NCBI GenBank assembly: GCA_964577305.1
Contig: CAZNYS010000011.1
Location: forward strand, 1,507-65,506
DNA from: an uncultured Rikenellaceae bacterium
GTDB lineage: Bacteria; Bacteroidota; Bacteroidia; Bacteroidales; VadinHA17
Length of the DNA: 64,000 nucleotides
Direction: 5' to 3'
The position numbers and the translations under genes are program-made. Shown one piece after another: positions 7,704-18,322 of this stretch. Numbering within the stretch: the stretch's first letter is position 1; every line of letters starts with the position of its first letter. A model generated the notes under the pieces. The model did not search any database. It saw only the letters and a list, made by a program, of their open reading frames with translations, and had not been told where the DNA came from.

Positions 7704-9890
7704 ATGTCATTTCCTTTCGAAAGGCAAGCAGATGCTATGGATTGTGGTCCTACCTGTCTTCAGATGGTTGCCCGTTTCTATGGTAAGAAGTTCAGCCTCC
7801 CTGATTTGAGGGGCAAGAGTTATATTACCAGGGAGGGAGTTTCTTTCCTGGGTATATCCGAAGCAGCAGAATCAGTTGGATTCAGGACTATTGGTGTTCG
7901 TATACCTTTTGCCAAGCTTGCTGAAGAGACTCCATTACCCTGTATTGTGCACTGGAGGCAAAAACATTTTGTTGTAGTACATAAGATTAAGAAAGACAGC
8001 GTGCATGTTGCCGATCCTGCAAGGGGACTGGTGAAATATTCCAGGGAAGAATTTGAGAAAAACTGGGCTATGACAACGATCGATGAGGAAAAGGTGGGTC
8101 TGGTACTGATACTTCAACCCACTCCTGAATTCTATGAGCAGGAAGAGGCAAAAGAGGGGAAATCAGGATTCAGCTTTCTTCTACGTTATATTAAGATGTA
8201 CAGGAAGTATTTCTTCCAGATCTTTCTTGGATTATTCATAGGTAGTCTTATACAGCTGATCTTTCCGTTTCTGACACAGTCGGTTATCGATATCGGTATA
8301 AATACCAATGACCTTGGATTTATTTACCTTATACTTTTTGCACAACTTGCCCTGGTTTTAGGGAGAATGACCGTTGAATTTGTTCGTGGATGGCTGTTAC
8401 TGCATATCAGTACCAGGGTTAACGTGGCCATTGTTTCAGGCTTTCTTTACAAACTGATGGCTTTGCCAGTATCATATTTCGATACCAAGTTAAGTGGTGA
8501 CCTGTTACAGAGAATTGAAGATAACCAGCGGATAGAGTCATTTCTCAGTAACACCTCATTAAGTGTGCTGTTCTCGTTTGTTAACCTCCTGGTTTTCGGT
8601 ATTGTCCTGGCTATATATAATTCAACCATACTGCTTATCTTCCTTGCCGGCACTACTTTTTACATTGCCTGGGTATCCGTTTTTATGCGGTCGCGTGCTC
8701 AGCTTGATCATAAGAGGTTTAAACAGCTGTCTGACAATAATGCCAAACTGATTGATATAATCACCGGTATGCAGGAGATTAAGCTTACTCAAAGTGAAAC
8801 AAGTAAAAGATGGGATTGGGAGAATGTCCAGGCATCACTGTTCAAAACAAGAGTAAAGGCAATGAGTCTTTCACAATACCAGCTTGCAGGTGGAAGATTG
8901 ATAAATGAAGCATCCAATGTGCTTATTACTATTATCGCGGCTGCTGCAGTATTATCAGGGAGCATGACACTTGGTATGATGCTGGCCGTACAGTTTATTA
9001 TCGGCCAGTTAAATATCCCGGTGAACCAGATGGTTGTGTTTTTCAGGACAGCACAGGATGCAAGAATGAGCCTTGACAGGCTTTCTGAAATACAATCCAG
9101 TCAGCCTGAAGAGTTGGAGGATGAAATGAAAGTAAAAAACCTGCCGGCAAACAAGAATATCTATATAAATAACCTATCATTCCAGTATGAAGGGCCACGT
9201 TCACCATTTGTCCTGAAAGATATCGATATAGTAATACCTGAGAAGAAGATCACTGCCGTGGTTGGTACCAGCGGCAGCGGAAAGACAACAATGCTAAAAC
9301 TTATGCTTGGATTCTATAACCCTGTTGAAGGAGATATACTGGTTGGCGACACAAACCTCAGGAATCTCAGTCTCAAAGTATGGAGACAAAAGATAGGTGT
9401 AGTGATGCAGGACGGTTATATTTTTCCTGATACCATAGCTAATAATATTGCTCCCGGCATTGATGTAATTGACAGTGATAAATTATTAAAATCAATCTCA
9501 ATTGCTAATATGAACGATTTTGTTGATACTTTGCCATTGGGCATAAATACAAGGATAGGACATAACGGTCATGGATTGAGCCAGGGACAGAAACAACGAA
9601 TATTGATAGCCAGGGCAGTATATAAAAATCCTGATTACCTGTTTTTTGATGAGGCCACAAACTCACTTGATGCCGCCAATGAAAAGAAGATAGTTACAAA
9701 TCTTAATGAATTTTTCTCAGGCAAGACAGTGTTGATAATTGCTCACAGGCTAAGTACGGTGCGTAATTCTGATAATATTGTGGTTATCGATAAAGGCCGG
9801 ATGATAGAAAGTGGCACTCATCCTGAACTGATAAGCAGGAAAGGCATATATTACAACCTGGTACGTGACCAGTTGGAGCTTGGTAACTGA
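7704..9890 (+). CDS. C39 peptidase domain-containing ABC exporter (bacteriocin/GG-peptide processing and export type)
   Basis: C39 catalytic Cys in DAMDCGPTCLQM and His in IVHWRQKHFVVVH. Six-TM exporter core. Walker A GTSGSGKTT, signature LSQGQKQR, Walker B LFFDEATNSLD. ATG at 7704 preferred over the TTG at 7695 used by the track. Confidence 0.9.
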   Translation: MSFPFERQADAMDCGPTCLQMVARFYGKKFSLPDLRGKSYITREGVSFLGISEAAESVGFRTIGVRIPFAKLAEETPLPCIVHWRQKHFVVVHKIKKDSVHVADPARGLVKYSREEFEKNWAMTTIDEEKVGLVLILQPTPEFYEQEEAKEGKSGFSFLLRYIKMYRKYFFQIFLGLFIGSLIQLIFPFLTQSVIDIGINTNDLGFIYLILFAQLALVLGRMTVEFVRGWLLLHISTRVNVAIVSGFLYKLMALPVSYFDTKLSGDLLQRIEDNQRIESFLSNTSLSVLFSFVNLLVFGIVLAIYNSTILLIFLAGTTFYIAWVSVFMRSRAQLDHKRFKQLSDNNAKLIDIITGMQEIKLTQSETSKRWDWENVQASLFKTRVKAMSLSQYQLAGGRLINEASNVLITIIAAAAVLSGSMTLGMMLAVQFIIGQLNIPVNQMVVFFRTAQDARMSLDRLSEIQSSQPEELEDEMKVKNLPANKNIYINNLSFQYEGPRSPFVLKDIDIVIPEKKITAVVGTSGSGKTTMLKLMLGFYNPVEGDILVGDTNLRNLSLKVWRQKIGVVMQDGYIFPDTIANNIAPGIDVIDSDKLLKSISIANMNDFVDTLPLGINTRIGHNGHGLSQGQKQRILIARAVYKNPDYLFFDEATNSLDAANEKKIVTNLNEFFSGKTVLIIAHRLSTVRNSDNIVVIDKGRMIESGTHPELISRKGIYYNLVRDQLELGN

Positions 9891-9896
9891 TTAATT

Positions 9897-11210
9897 ATGA
9901 CGAAACAGTCACATGAAATAAGATATTCCCGACCCGTGGAGGATATAATGAACACCCCTCCCAGGTCTATGGTTCGATGGGGCACTGCAATAGCGACAAT
10001 AGTAATAATATTGCTTCTGTTCCTTTCCTGGATTATAAAATACCCTTATATAATAAGGGCTGAAGCCGTAATAACAACAGAAAAGCCGCCGGCAAATATA
10101 GTTGCAAGGGTATCAGGTAATATAGAACATCTCTTTGTAAGCGACGGAGAAAAGATTTCATCAGGATCAATCCTTGGAGTAATGGAAACTACCGCTACTT
10201 ACGAGAGTATACAGTGGTTGAGTTCATTGCTCGATACGGTGAAAACAGAAGACATGTCATCTGCAAATGAAAAAGTGATCCGGAAATTACCGAATAACCC
10301 TGTTCTGGGTGAGATACAGGATCAGTATTCAACCTTCAGGAAAAACTACTATGACTATATAAACCATATAGAAATTGACTATTACGGGAAAAAAATAGAG
10401 GCTGTTAATGAGGAAATAAAGAGTATCGAAGACTATATCAGGCAGCTCAAAAGCAAAGAGGCCCTGACAGCCTCTAACCTTGAGGTAGAGAAAAAGAAAT
10501 ACCTGAGAGATTCACTACTGAACGAGCAGAACATTTTACCTGATGCTGAACTGGAAAATTCAAAGCAGAAATTTTATTCCTTAAAGATCGAACTGGTTCA
10601 GGTTGTACTGGAAGCTTCATCAAGACGTATTGACCTTGCATCTAAAAAGCAGGAGTTGCAGGATTTGACTGCTGCCCGCGAAGAAGAAAGACAAAGGTAT
10701 ATTTCCGCCGTTGACGATGAGCTTATGAAACTTAAAGCAAGACTCGAATGGTGGATACAGGATTACCTGCTCGTTTCACCCATTGACGGAAATGTGACTT
10801 TTACGAGGTACTGGTCAGAAAATCAGTCTGTAAGGGAAGGAGAAACAGTAATGACGGTTGTGCCCCAGGGCGAAAGTGAAATATTTGCCCGTATTATGAT
10901 CCCGATGGCAGGCTCCGGGACAGTGAAAGAAGGGCAGAATGTTAACATACAGCTGGAAGGATATCCTTACCTTGAATATGGAATGGTTCAGGGTATAATA
11001 GAATCACGTTCACTGGTCCCACAAGAAGATCTATATGTCCTCGATGTTAGTTTACCCGACGGCTTATCAACATTTTATGGAAAGCAACTCGATTTCAGCC
11101 AGAATATGTCAGGAAGGGCTGAAATTATAACCGAGGATATGAGGTTGATCGAGAGACTGATATATCCTTTTAAATACCTTGTCGAAAAGAACAGGAGAGC
11201 GGGCAATTAA
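9897..11210 (+). CDS. HlyD-family membrane fusion / secretion adaptor protein
   Basis: Single N-terminal TM (WGTAIATIVIILLLFLSWII), a long coiled-coil middle and a beta-rich C-terminus. It starts 6 nt after the ABC exporter gene. Confidence 0.8.
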   Translation: MTKQSHEIRYSRPVEDIMNTPPRSMVRWGTAIATIVIILLLFLSWIIKYPYIIRAEAVITTEKPPANIVARVSGNIEHLFVSDGEKISSGSILGVMETTATYESIQWLSSLLDTVKTEDMSSANEKVIRKLPNNPVLGEIQDQYSTFRKNYYDYINHIEIDYYGKKIEAVNEEIKSIEDYIRQLKSKEALTASNLEVEKKKYLRDSLLNEQNILPDAELENSKQKFYSLKIELVQVVLEASSRRIDLASKKQELQDLTAAREEERQRYISAVDDELMKLKARLEWWIQDYLLVSPIDGNVTFTRYWSENQSVREGETVMTVVPQGESEIFARIMIPMAGSGTVKEGQNVNIQLEGYPYLEYGMVQGIIESRSLVPQEDLYVLDVSLPDGLSTFYGKQLDFSQNMSGRAEIITEDMRLIERLIYPFKYLVEKNRRAGN

Positions 11211-11432
11211 TAATCAGTCGGCATTTTAATACAAAAAATTTAGATTTTTAGCATTCTGTCATCTTCGGCAATAGATATGACCAGTGTTTAAGTTGTTGTG
11301 TAACAGTGATAAAATATAAAAACTCTTATTCTTTGAGTTTTTCTAAATAATTCGATATTTTCGTAACCTTGATTGGTCTCAGATTTAAGTAATTAATAAA
11401 TCTGCAAATGTGCTCAAATAAAAGGATTAGTT

Positions 11433-13529
11433 ATGACTGTTATAAATCCGGATGATTCTGTTCGTGATGAACAATTCGATGCAGAAAATGAATCTGCCGA
11501 AACTAATAGTGAAACCAACAAAGCTGAAACAAAAGCTGAATCAAAAGAAGAAGGATCTACCACCAATGGTGAGGATTTGAAATCCGAACCTGATAAAGAG
11601 GCTTCCGTCTCCGCCATGGCTGCGGAGGATAAGAAGGTTAAGGGAAAAGAAGAAGAATCTACTAATGGTGAAGATTCAAAATCCGAACCTGATAAAAAGC
11701 AAAAAGCTGAGGAGAAAGAGGAGGCTAAGGCAGATGACATTTCAGAGGATAGTGAAGATTCGTCAGGAAAGGGAACTGAGGAAGAACCTGACGAATTGCC
11801 GGAGGTTGACTATACGGGGAGATCTAAGGTTGAGCTCACGGAAACTCTTGAATTACTTATTGAAAACAGGCCGCTGAATGAGATAGTCGATGATGTTGAC
11901 AAGATAAAAACCATATTCTATAAAAAGCATAAGGCAGAACTCGATAAAAAGAAGAAAAAATTCCTGGAAGAAGGAGGGAGAATTGAAGATTATCAGCCTG
12001 CCGATGATCCGTTGGAGCTTAAAATAAAAAACCTTCTTGCCCGCTTCAGGGGTAAGAAAACTGAATACAACAAACAGCTCGAAGTTGAGAAACAGGAAAA
12101 CCTCAGGAAAAAGTATGATATAATTGATAAGATAAAAGACCTGGTTAACAGGGAAGAATCAATTAATAAAACATTCCAGGAATTCAGGGATTTGCAGGCC
12201 CAGTGGCACTCAACAGGCATAGTGCCTCAGTCTTCGCTCAGGAACCTTTGGGAAACCTATAACCTGAATGTTGAAATTTTCTATGATTATATTAAGATTA
12301 ACAAGGAACTGAGGGACCTGGACTTAAAAAAGAACCTGGAAAGCAAAATTAAGCTGTGCGAAAAAACGGAAGAACTTTTATTGGACCCCAATGCTGTGAA
12401 TGCTTTCAGAGCTCTTCAGGAATACCACCAGCAATGGAGAGAAATAGGGCCGGTTCCAAGAGAGTCAAGGACAGAATTGTGGGATAGATTCAAGGCTGCT
12501 ACTTCAAATATAAATAAGAGACATCACGAATATTTTGAAAAGCAGAAGGACGAACAAAAAAAGAATTTGGAAGCCAAAACGGCATTATGCGAAAAAGTAG
12601 AGGAAATAAATAATCTTAAATTAAAAACCTTCAAAGATTGGGAAAGTAAAGCCAAAGAGGTAATTGAAATACAAAAAGTTTGGCGTACTATAGGCTTTGC
12701 TCCCAAAAGACATAATAACAGCATTTACCAGAGATTCAGAGAAGGCTGTGATGCTTTCTTCCAGGCAAAAAGAGAATTCTATGCCGAAAACAGAGAACAG
12801 CAGTTGGCTAACCTTCAGAAAAAAACTGAATTATGCATGCAGGCAGAAACATGGAAGGACAGCACTGAATGGAAAGAAGCAACTGATGCCCTGATAAACT
12901 TGCAGAAAGAATGGAAGGAGATAGGTACTGTTCCCAGAAAACACTCGGATAAAATATGGCGACGATTTAGAAAAGCCTGTGATCGCTTTTTTGAAAGAAA
13001 ATCAGAACATTTTACTGAACTGGACAGCTCCTTTGAAGATAATCTTAAAGAAAAAGAAAAGCTTATAGACGAACTTGAAAATTTCGATCCGGGGGACGAT
13101 ATTAATGAGGCTTTTGAAAAACTTAAGGAGATTCAAAGAAAATGGACTGAAGTAGGTTTTGTACCATATAAAGATAAGGATAAAATAGGAAACCGGTACA
13201 GGAATGCCCTGAATGAACAATTCGACAGGCTGAAAATAGATGAGGACGAGAAAGCTATTCTTAAATTTCAGACAAAGCTGGAGAATATCAAGGAAACGCC
13301 AAAAGCAACAAGAAAACTAAGGGGAGAGAGAGAAAAATTCATAAACAGGATTAAACAACTTGAGAATGACATTGTTGTGTGGGAAAATAATATTGGCTTC
13401 TTTTCAAAATCAAGCAATGCAGAGTCGATGATCCAGGAAGTGCAGTCAAAAATTGACAACGCGAAGAAAACAATAGAAGTGCTTGAAGAAAAAATAAAGC
13501 TGATTGACCAGTCGGGAATTGATAATTAA
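11433..13529 (+). CDS. DUF349 repeat protein with an acidic low-complexity N-terminus
   Basis: Multiple DUF349-type repeats of about 75 aa (W..IG.VP......LW.RF......F..). The N-terminal 120 aa are E/K/D/S-rich. Confidence 0.7.
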   Translation: MTVINPDDSVRDEQFDAENESAETNSETNKAETKAESKEEGSTTNGEDLKSEPDKEASVSAMAAEDKKVKGKEEESTNGEDSKSEPDKKQKAEEKEEAKADDISEDSEDSSGKGTEEEPDELPEVDYTGRSKVELTETLELLIENRPLNEIVDDVDKIKTIFYKKHKAELDKKKKKFLEEGGRIEDYQPADDPLELKIKNLLARFRGKKTEYNKQLEVEKQENLRKKYDIIDKIKDLVNREESINKTFQEFRDLQAQWHSTGIVPQSSLRNLWETYNLNVEIFYDYIKINKELRDLDLKKNLESKIKLCEKTEELLLDPNAVNAFRALQEYHQQWREIGPVPRESRTELWDRFKAATSNINKRHHEYFEKQKDEQKKNLEAKTALCEKVEEINNLKLKTFKDWESKAKEVIEIQKVWRTIGFAPKRHNNSIYQRFREGCDAFFQAKREFYAENREQQLANLQKKTELCMQAETWKDSTEWKEATDALINLQKEWKEIGTVPRKHSDKIWRRFRKACDRFFERKSEHFTELDSSFEDNLKEKEKLIDELENFDPGDDINEAFEKLKEIQRKWTEVGFVPYKDKDKIGNRYRNALNEQFDRLKIDEDEKAILKFQTKLENIKETPKATRKLRGEREKFINRIKQLENDIVVWENNIGFFSKSSNAESMIQEVQSKIDNAKKTIEVLEEKIKLIDQSGIDN

Positions 13530-13543
13530 TATACTCTTTGTAA

Positions 13544-15178
<1,635 letters not shown>

Positions 15179-15204
15179 TATAAAATTAATTACACGTGGA
15201 TTAA

Positions 15205-17190
15205 ATGGACAGAAATACATTAATCGGATTGGTACTAATGGTCCTTGTTTTTATAGGATTCGGCTTCTATAACAGCAATAAGCTAAAAAAATCATACGAA
15301 TCAGCTTTTATCGAAGCCGATTCATTATACAAGGAAGGTGAATATGAAGCAGCAAAGCTCAAATACCTTAAAGCGCTGGAATTTAAGCCCGGTACCCCTG
15401 AAGCTGTTAACAGGATCAATGAAATCAACAGGATTATTCAGCCGGATACAATAGTAGGTATACAGGATACTGTACAACAACGGGAGCAGGTTCCACAACA
15501 GGAAGTGAAGACCGTAGGCGGGGCTGCAGAAACAGAACAACCCATGCAGCCGACAGGCGCTTTTTCTGAAACCTATAATGGTAAACAGGAGTTCTTTATA
15601 CTTAAGAATGATATACTGGAAGTAACAATAGCAACTAAAGGAGGGCGTATCTATTCAGCCTTGCTGAAAGATTATACTACTTATGATCAACGCCCACTGG
15701 TACTTTTTGACGGTGACTCTACTAATTTTGGCTTTAAGTTCTTTACAAGTGATAATAAGCGTATCGAAACGAATAATCTGTACTTTAAACCTGTAAATAC
15801 ATCTCAGGTTACTGATGCTACCAACTCAAAAGCCAGTGCCACATTCAGGTTGGAAGTGTCTGAAAATGAATATATAGAATATGTCTATAGCCTTGAACCA
15901 GACCGTTATATGGTCGATTTTGATGTCAATTTCTTAGGCTTATCAGATATCATGCCTTCAAATATGAACTCTATTTCATTTGACTGGAAATCGTATATTC
16001 CACAACAGGAGAAGGGAAGACAGAATGAGAATAACTGGGCTAATATCAAATACAAACATTATCAGGATAATGTAGATGGCTTCAGGGACAGAGTGCATAA
16101 AGATTTTGAGGAAGCCGACATAACAACCCCATTAAGGTGGGTGGCGTTCAAGGACCAATTCTTTTCATCAGTATTAATCTCAAGTGGAAGTTTTACCAAT
16201 GCTTATGTGTCGTATACAACCATGCCTGAGGACAGCAAATACCTGAGGTATTGTACCGCCGAGCTTGGACTTCCATTTAATCCCGGTGATAAGGTTGAGT
16301 ATGATTTGAAACTCTATTTAGGGCCAAATCATTATAATACTCTTAAAAAATATGATGTTGGACTGGAAGAACTTGTAATGCTGGGTAAAAACGTCATCAA
16401 GTTTTTTAATAAATATGTTATAGTACCTATTTTCAATTGGCTGGATAATTACATAGGGAATTACGGAATAATAATACTGATCCTTACACTGATAATAAAA
16501 ATTGTGCTTTTCCCTCTTACTTTTAAGTCATTCCAGTCGCAGGCCAAGATGAAAGTTTTGAAACCAATGGTTGATGAGATAGGCAAAAAGTATCCTAAGA
16601 AAGATGATGCTATGAAAAAGCAGCAGGCTACAATGGACCTTTATAAGAAGGCCGGTGTAAGCCCGCTTGGAGGATGTCTGCCTATGGCACTGCAGATGCC
16701 CATACTGTTCGCTATGTTCAGGTTTTTCCCAACATCAATAGAATTGAGACAGCAGCCATTCCTTTGGGCGGAGGATCTGTCAACATATGACTCTATACTG
16801 GACCTTCCATTCAATATACCTATGTATGGTGATCATATAAGCCTGTTTACTCTTCTTATGACAGCATCCACAATTATTACTATGAAGATAAACAGCCCGT
16901 CATCAACGGGGCAGGAGCAGATGCCGGGTATGAAAATGATGACTTATATAATGCCTATTATGTTCATGCTTATATTGAATAACTTTTCAGCCGGTTTGAC
17001 ATATTATTATTTCCTGGCCAACCTGATAACATTTGGGCAGAATTTGATTTCCAAAAGGTTTATCGATGAAGAAGCTGTGCTGAAAAGACTTAACGAGAGC
17101 AAGAAAAAGCCATCTAAAAAATCAAAATTCCAACAGCGGCTTGAAGCAGCAGCAAAACAAAGAGGATATCAGCCGCCAAAAAGGAAATAG
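15205..17190 (+). CDS. yidC: Membrane protein insertase YidC
   Basis: N-terminal TM, large periplasmic domain, conserved C-terminal core (GGCLPMALQMPILFAMF, AGLTYYYFLANL) and a basic tail. Sits directly downstream of pyrG. Confidence 0.9.
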   Translation: MDRNTLIGLVLMVLVFIGFGFYNSNKLKKSYESAFIEADSLYKEGEYEAAKLKYLKALEFKPGTPEAVNRINEINRIIQPDTIVGIQDTVQQREQVPQQEVKTVGGAAETEQPMQPTGAFSETYNGKQEFFILKNDILEVTIATKGGRIYSALLKDYTTYDQRPLVLFDGDSTNFGFKFFTSDNKRIETNNLYFKPVNTSQVTDATNSKASATFRLEVSENEYIEYVYSLEPDRYMVDFDVNFLGLSDIMPSNMNSISFDWKSYIPQQEKGRQNENNWANIKYKHYQDNVDGFRDRVHKDFEEADITTPLRWVAFKDQFFSSVLISSGSFTNAYVSYTTMPEDSKYLRYCTAELGLPFNPGDKVEYDLKLYLGPNHYNTLKKYDVGLEELVMLGKNVIKFFNKYVIVPIFNWLDNYIGNYGIIILILTLIIKIVLFPLTFKSFQSQAKMKVLKPMVDEIGKKYPKKDDAMKKQQATMDLYKKAGVSPLGGCLPMALQMPILFAMFRFFPTSIELRQQPFLWAEDLSTYDSILDLPFNIPMYGDHISLFTLLMTASTIITMKINSPSSTGQEQMPGMKMMTYIMPIMFMLILNNFSAGLTYYYFLANLITFGQNLISKRFIDEEAVLKRLNESKKKPSKKSKFQQRLEAAAKQRGYQPPKRK

Positions 17191-17273
17191 CCTATAAAAA
17201 TATTGCATAAGTAGTAAACATTAATAGTGAGAAATATATTATATACAGCAGCTGACAATAAAAGCATTCTTAA

Positions 17274-18305
17274 ATGGGGAAAAGAGTAAAAATAAAAGAT
17301 ATAGCTGAGAAGTGTGGTCTTTCAAACACACTCGTTTCTCTTGTGCTTAATGACAAAGCTTCCTTACATGGCATAAAATCTGATACTCAGGAAAAAGTCC
17401 TTTTTATCGCAAGGCAGATGGGGTATTTTGAAGATATGCCGTCAGAAAAAAGAACTGCCCTAACACCAGCTGGAAGCATGGTTGGTATGATAGTTCCCGA
17501 TCTACAAAATCACTTCCTGTTCGAAATAGGCCCTCTGCTAAATAAAGCATTCTCAAGTATTGGCCTTACTTTCAGTATTATTTCTAAGAATCAAAATGAA
17601 CAAAGGTTTGAAACTATCATCAAAGACCTGAAAAAAATGTTCAGTGGTTTAATACTCTATGGTGATGCTGCCGAGGATATGATAGTACGTACTCTGAAAA
17701 AAACACAGTATCCTTTCGTTGTTCTTGAAAAAAAATTGGCCAGACACAGGTTAAATGAGGTAAACAGTGACTATTTAGAAGCCTGCAGACTGGTGGCGAT
17801 GCATATCCTCAGGCTGGGATATAAAAATATATCGGTAATTGAAAATAAGAAGTGCATAAACTGTATGGTTGAAACCAGCACGTTGATAACAAGTATACAA
17901 CATATTATTCCAGATATTAATATTTCAAGACATGCCCTTGGCAGTAATTTGATACTGGATATTACCGATACAGGAGAAGTAGTAAAGGCTCTGCGCCCAC
18001 CCGAGGCTTCACAATTATTTGTAGTAAAACATTCCGAGCTTGTATATCCGCTGCTCTCATTTTTCAAAAAGAAGAACATCAGGGTCCCATCCGATATTGC
18101 TCTAATTGCCATGGATAGCGGTATAGGCTTTAGCTTACTGGATCCCCCTGTCACAAGAATAAACAGGAAATATTCCTCACTGGCACTCAAGACATCTCAA
18201 ATGTTATGGTCTGAGATTAAGAATAATGGCAGAAGTAAGTATAAAAGATCAGTTAAAATCAGCCCTGAATTAATTATTGAAAAGTCATGTGGGGCTGTAT
18301 TATGA
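17274..18305 (+). CDS. LacI-family transcriptional regulator
   Basis: N-terminal HTH VKIKDIAEKCGLSNTLVSLVLN, followed by a periplasmic-binding-protein-like effector domain. Confidence 0.8.
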   Translation: MGKRVKIKDIAEKCGLSNTLVSLVLNDKASLHGIKSDTQEKVLFIARQMGYFEDMPSEKRTALTPAGSMVGMIVPDLQNHFLFEIGPLLNKAFSSIGLTFSIISKNQNEQRFETIIKDLKKMFSGLILYGDAAEDMIVRTLKKTQYPFVVLEKKLARHRLNEVNSDYLEACRLVAMHILRLGYKNISVIENKKCINCMVETSTLITSIQHIIPDINISRHALGSNLILDITDTGEVVKALRPPEASQLFVVKHSELVYPLLSFFKKKNIRVPSDIALIAMDSGIGFSLLDPPVTRINRKYSSLALKTSQMLWSEIKNNGRSKYKRSVKISPELIIEKSCGAVL

Positions 18306-18322
18306 GTAAATGAAATATTTTT

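Noticed and set aside
11414-11740. 108-aa Ser-rich minus-strand ORF
   Set aside because: It is antisense to the GAA/GAT-rich acidic N-terminus of the DUF349 gene. It is a low-complexity artefact.
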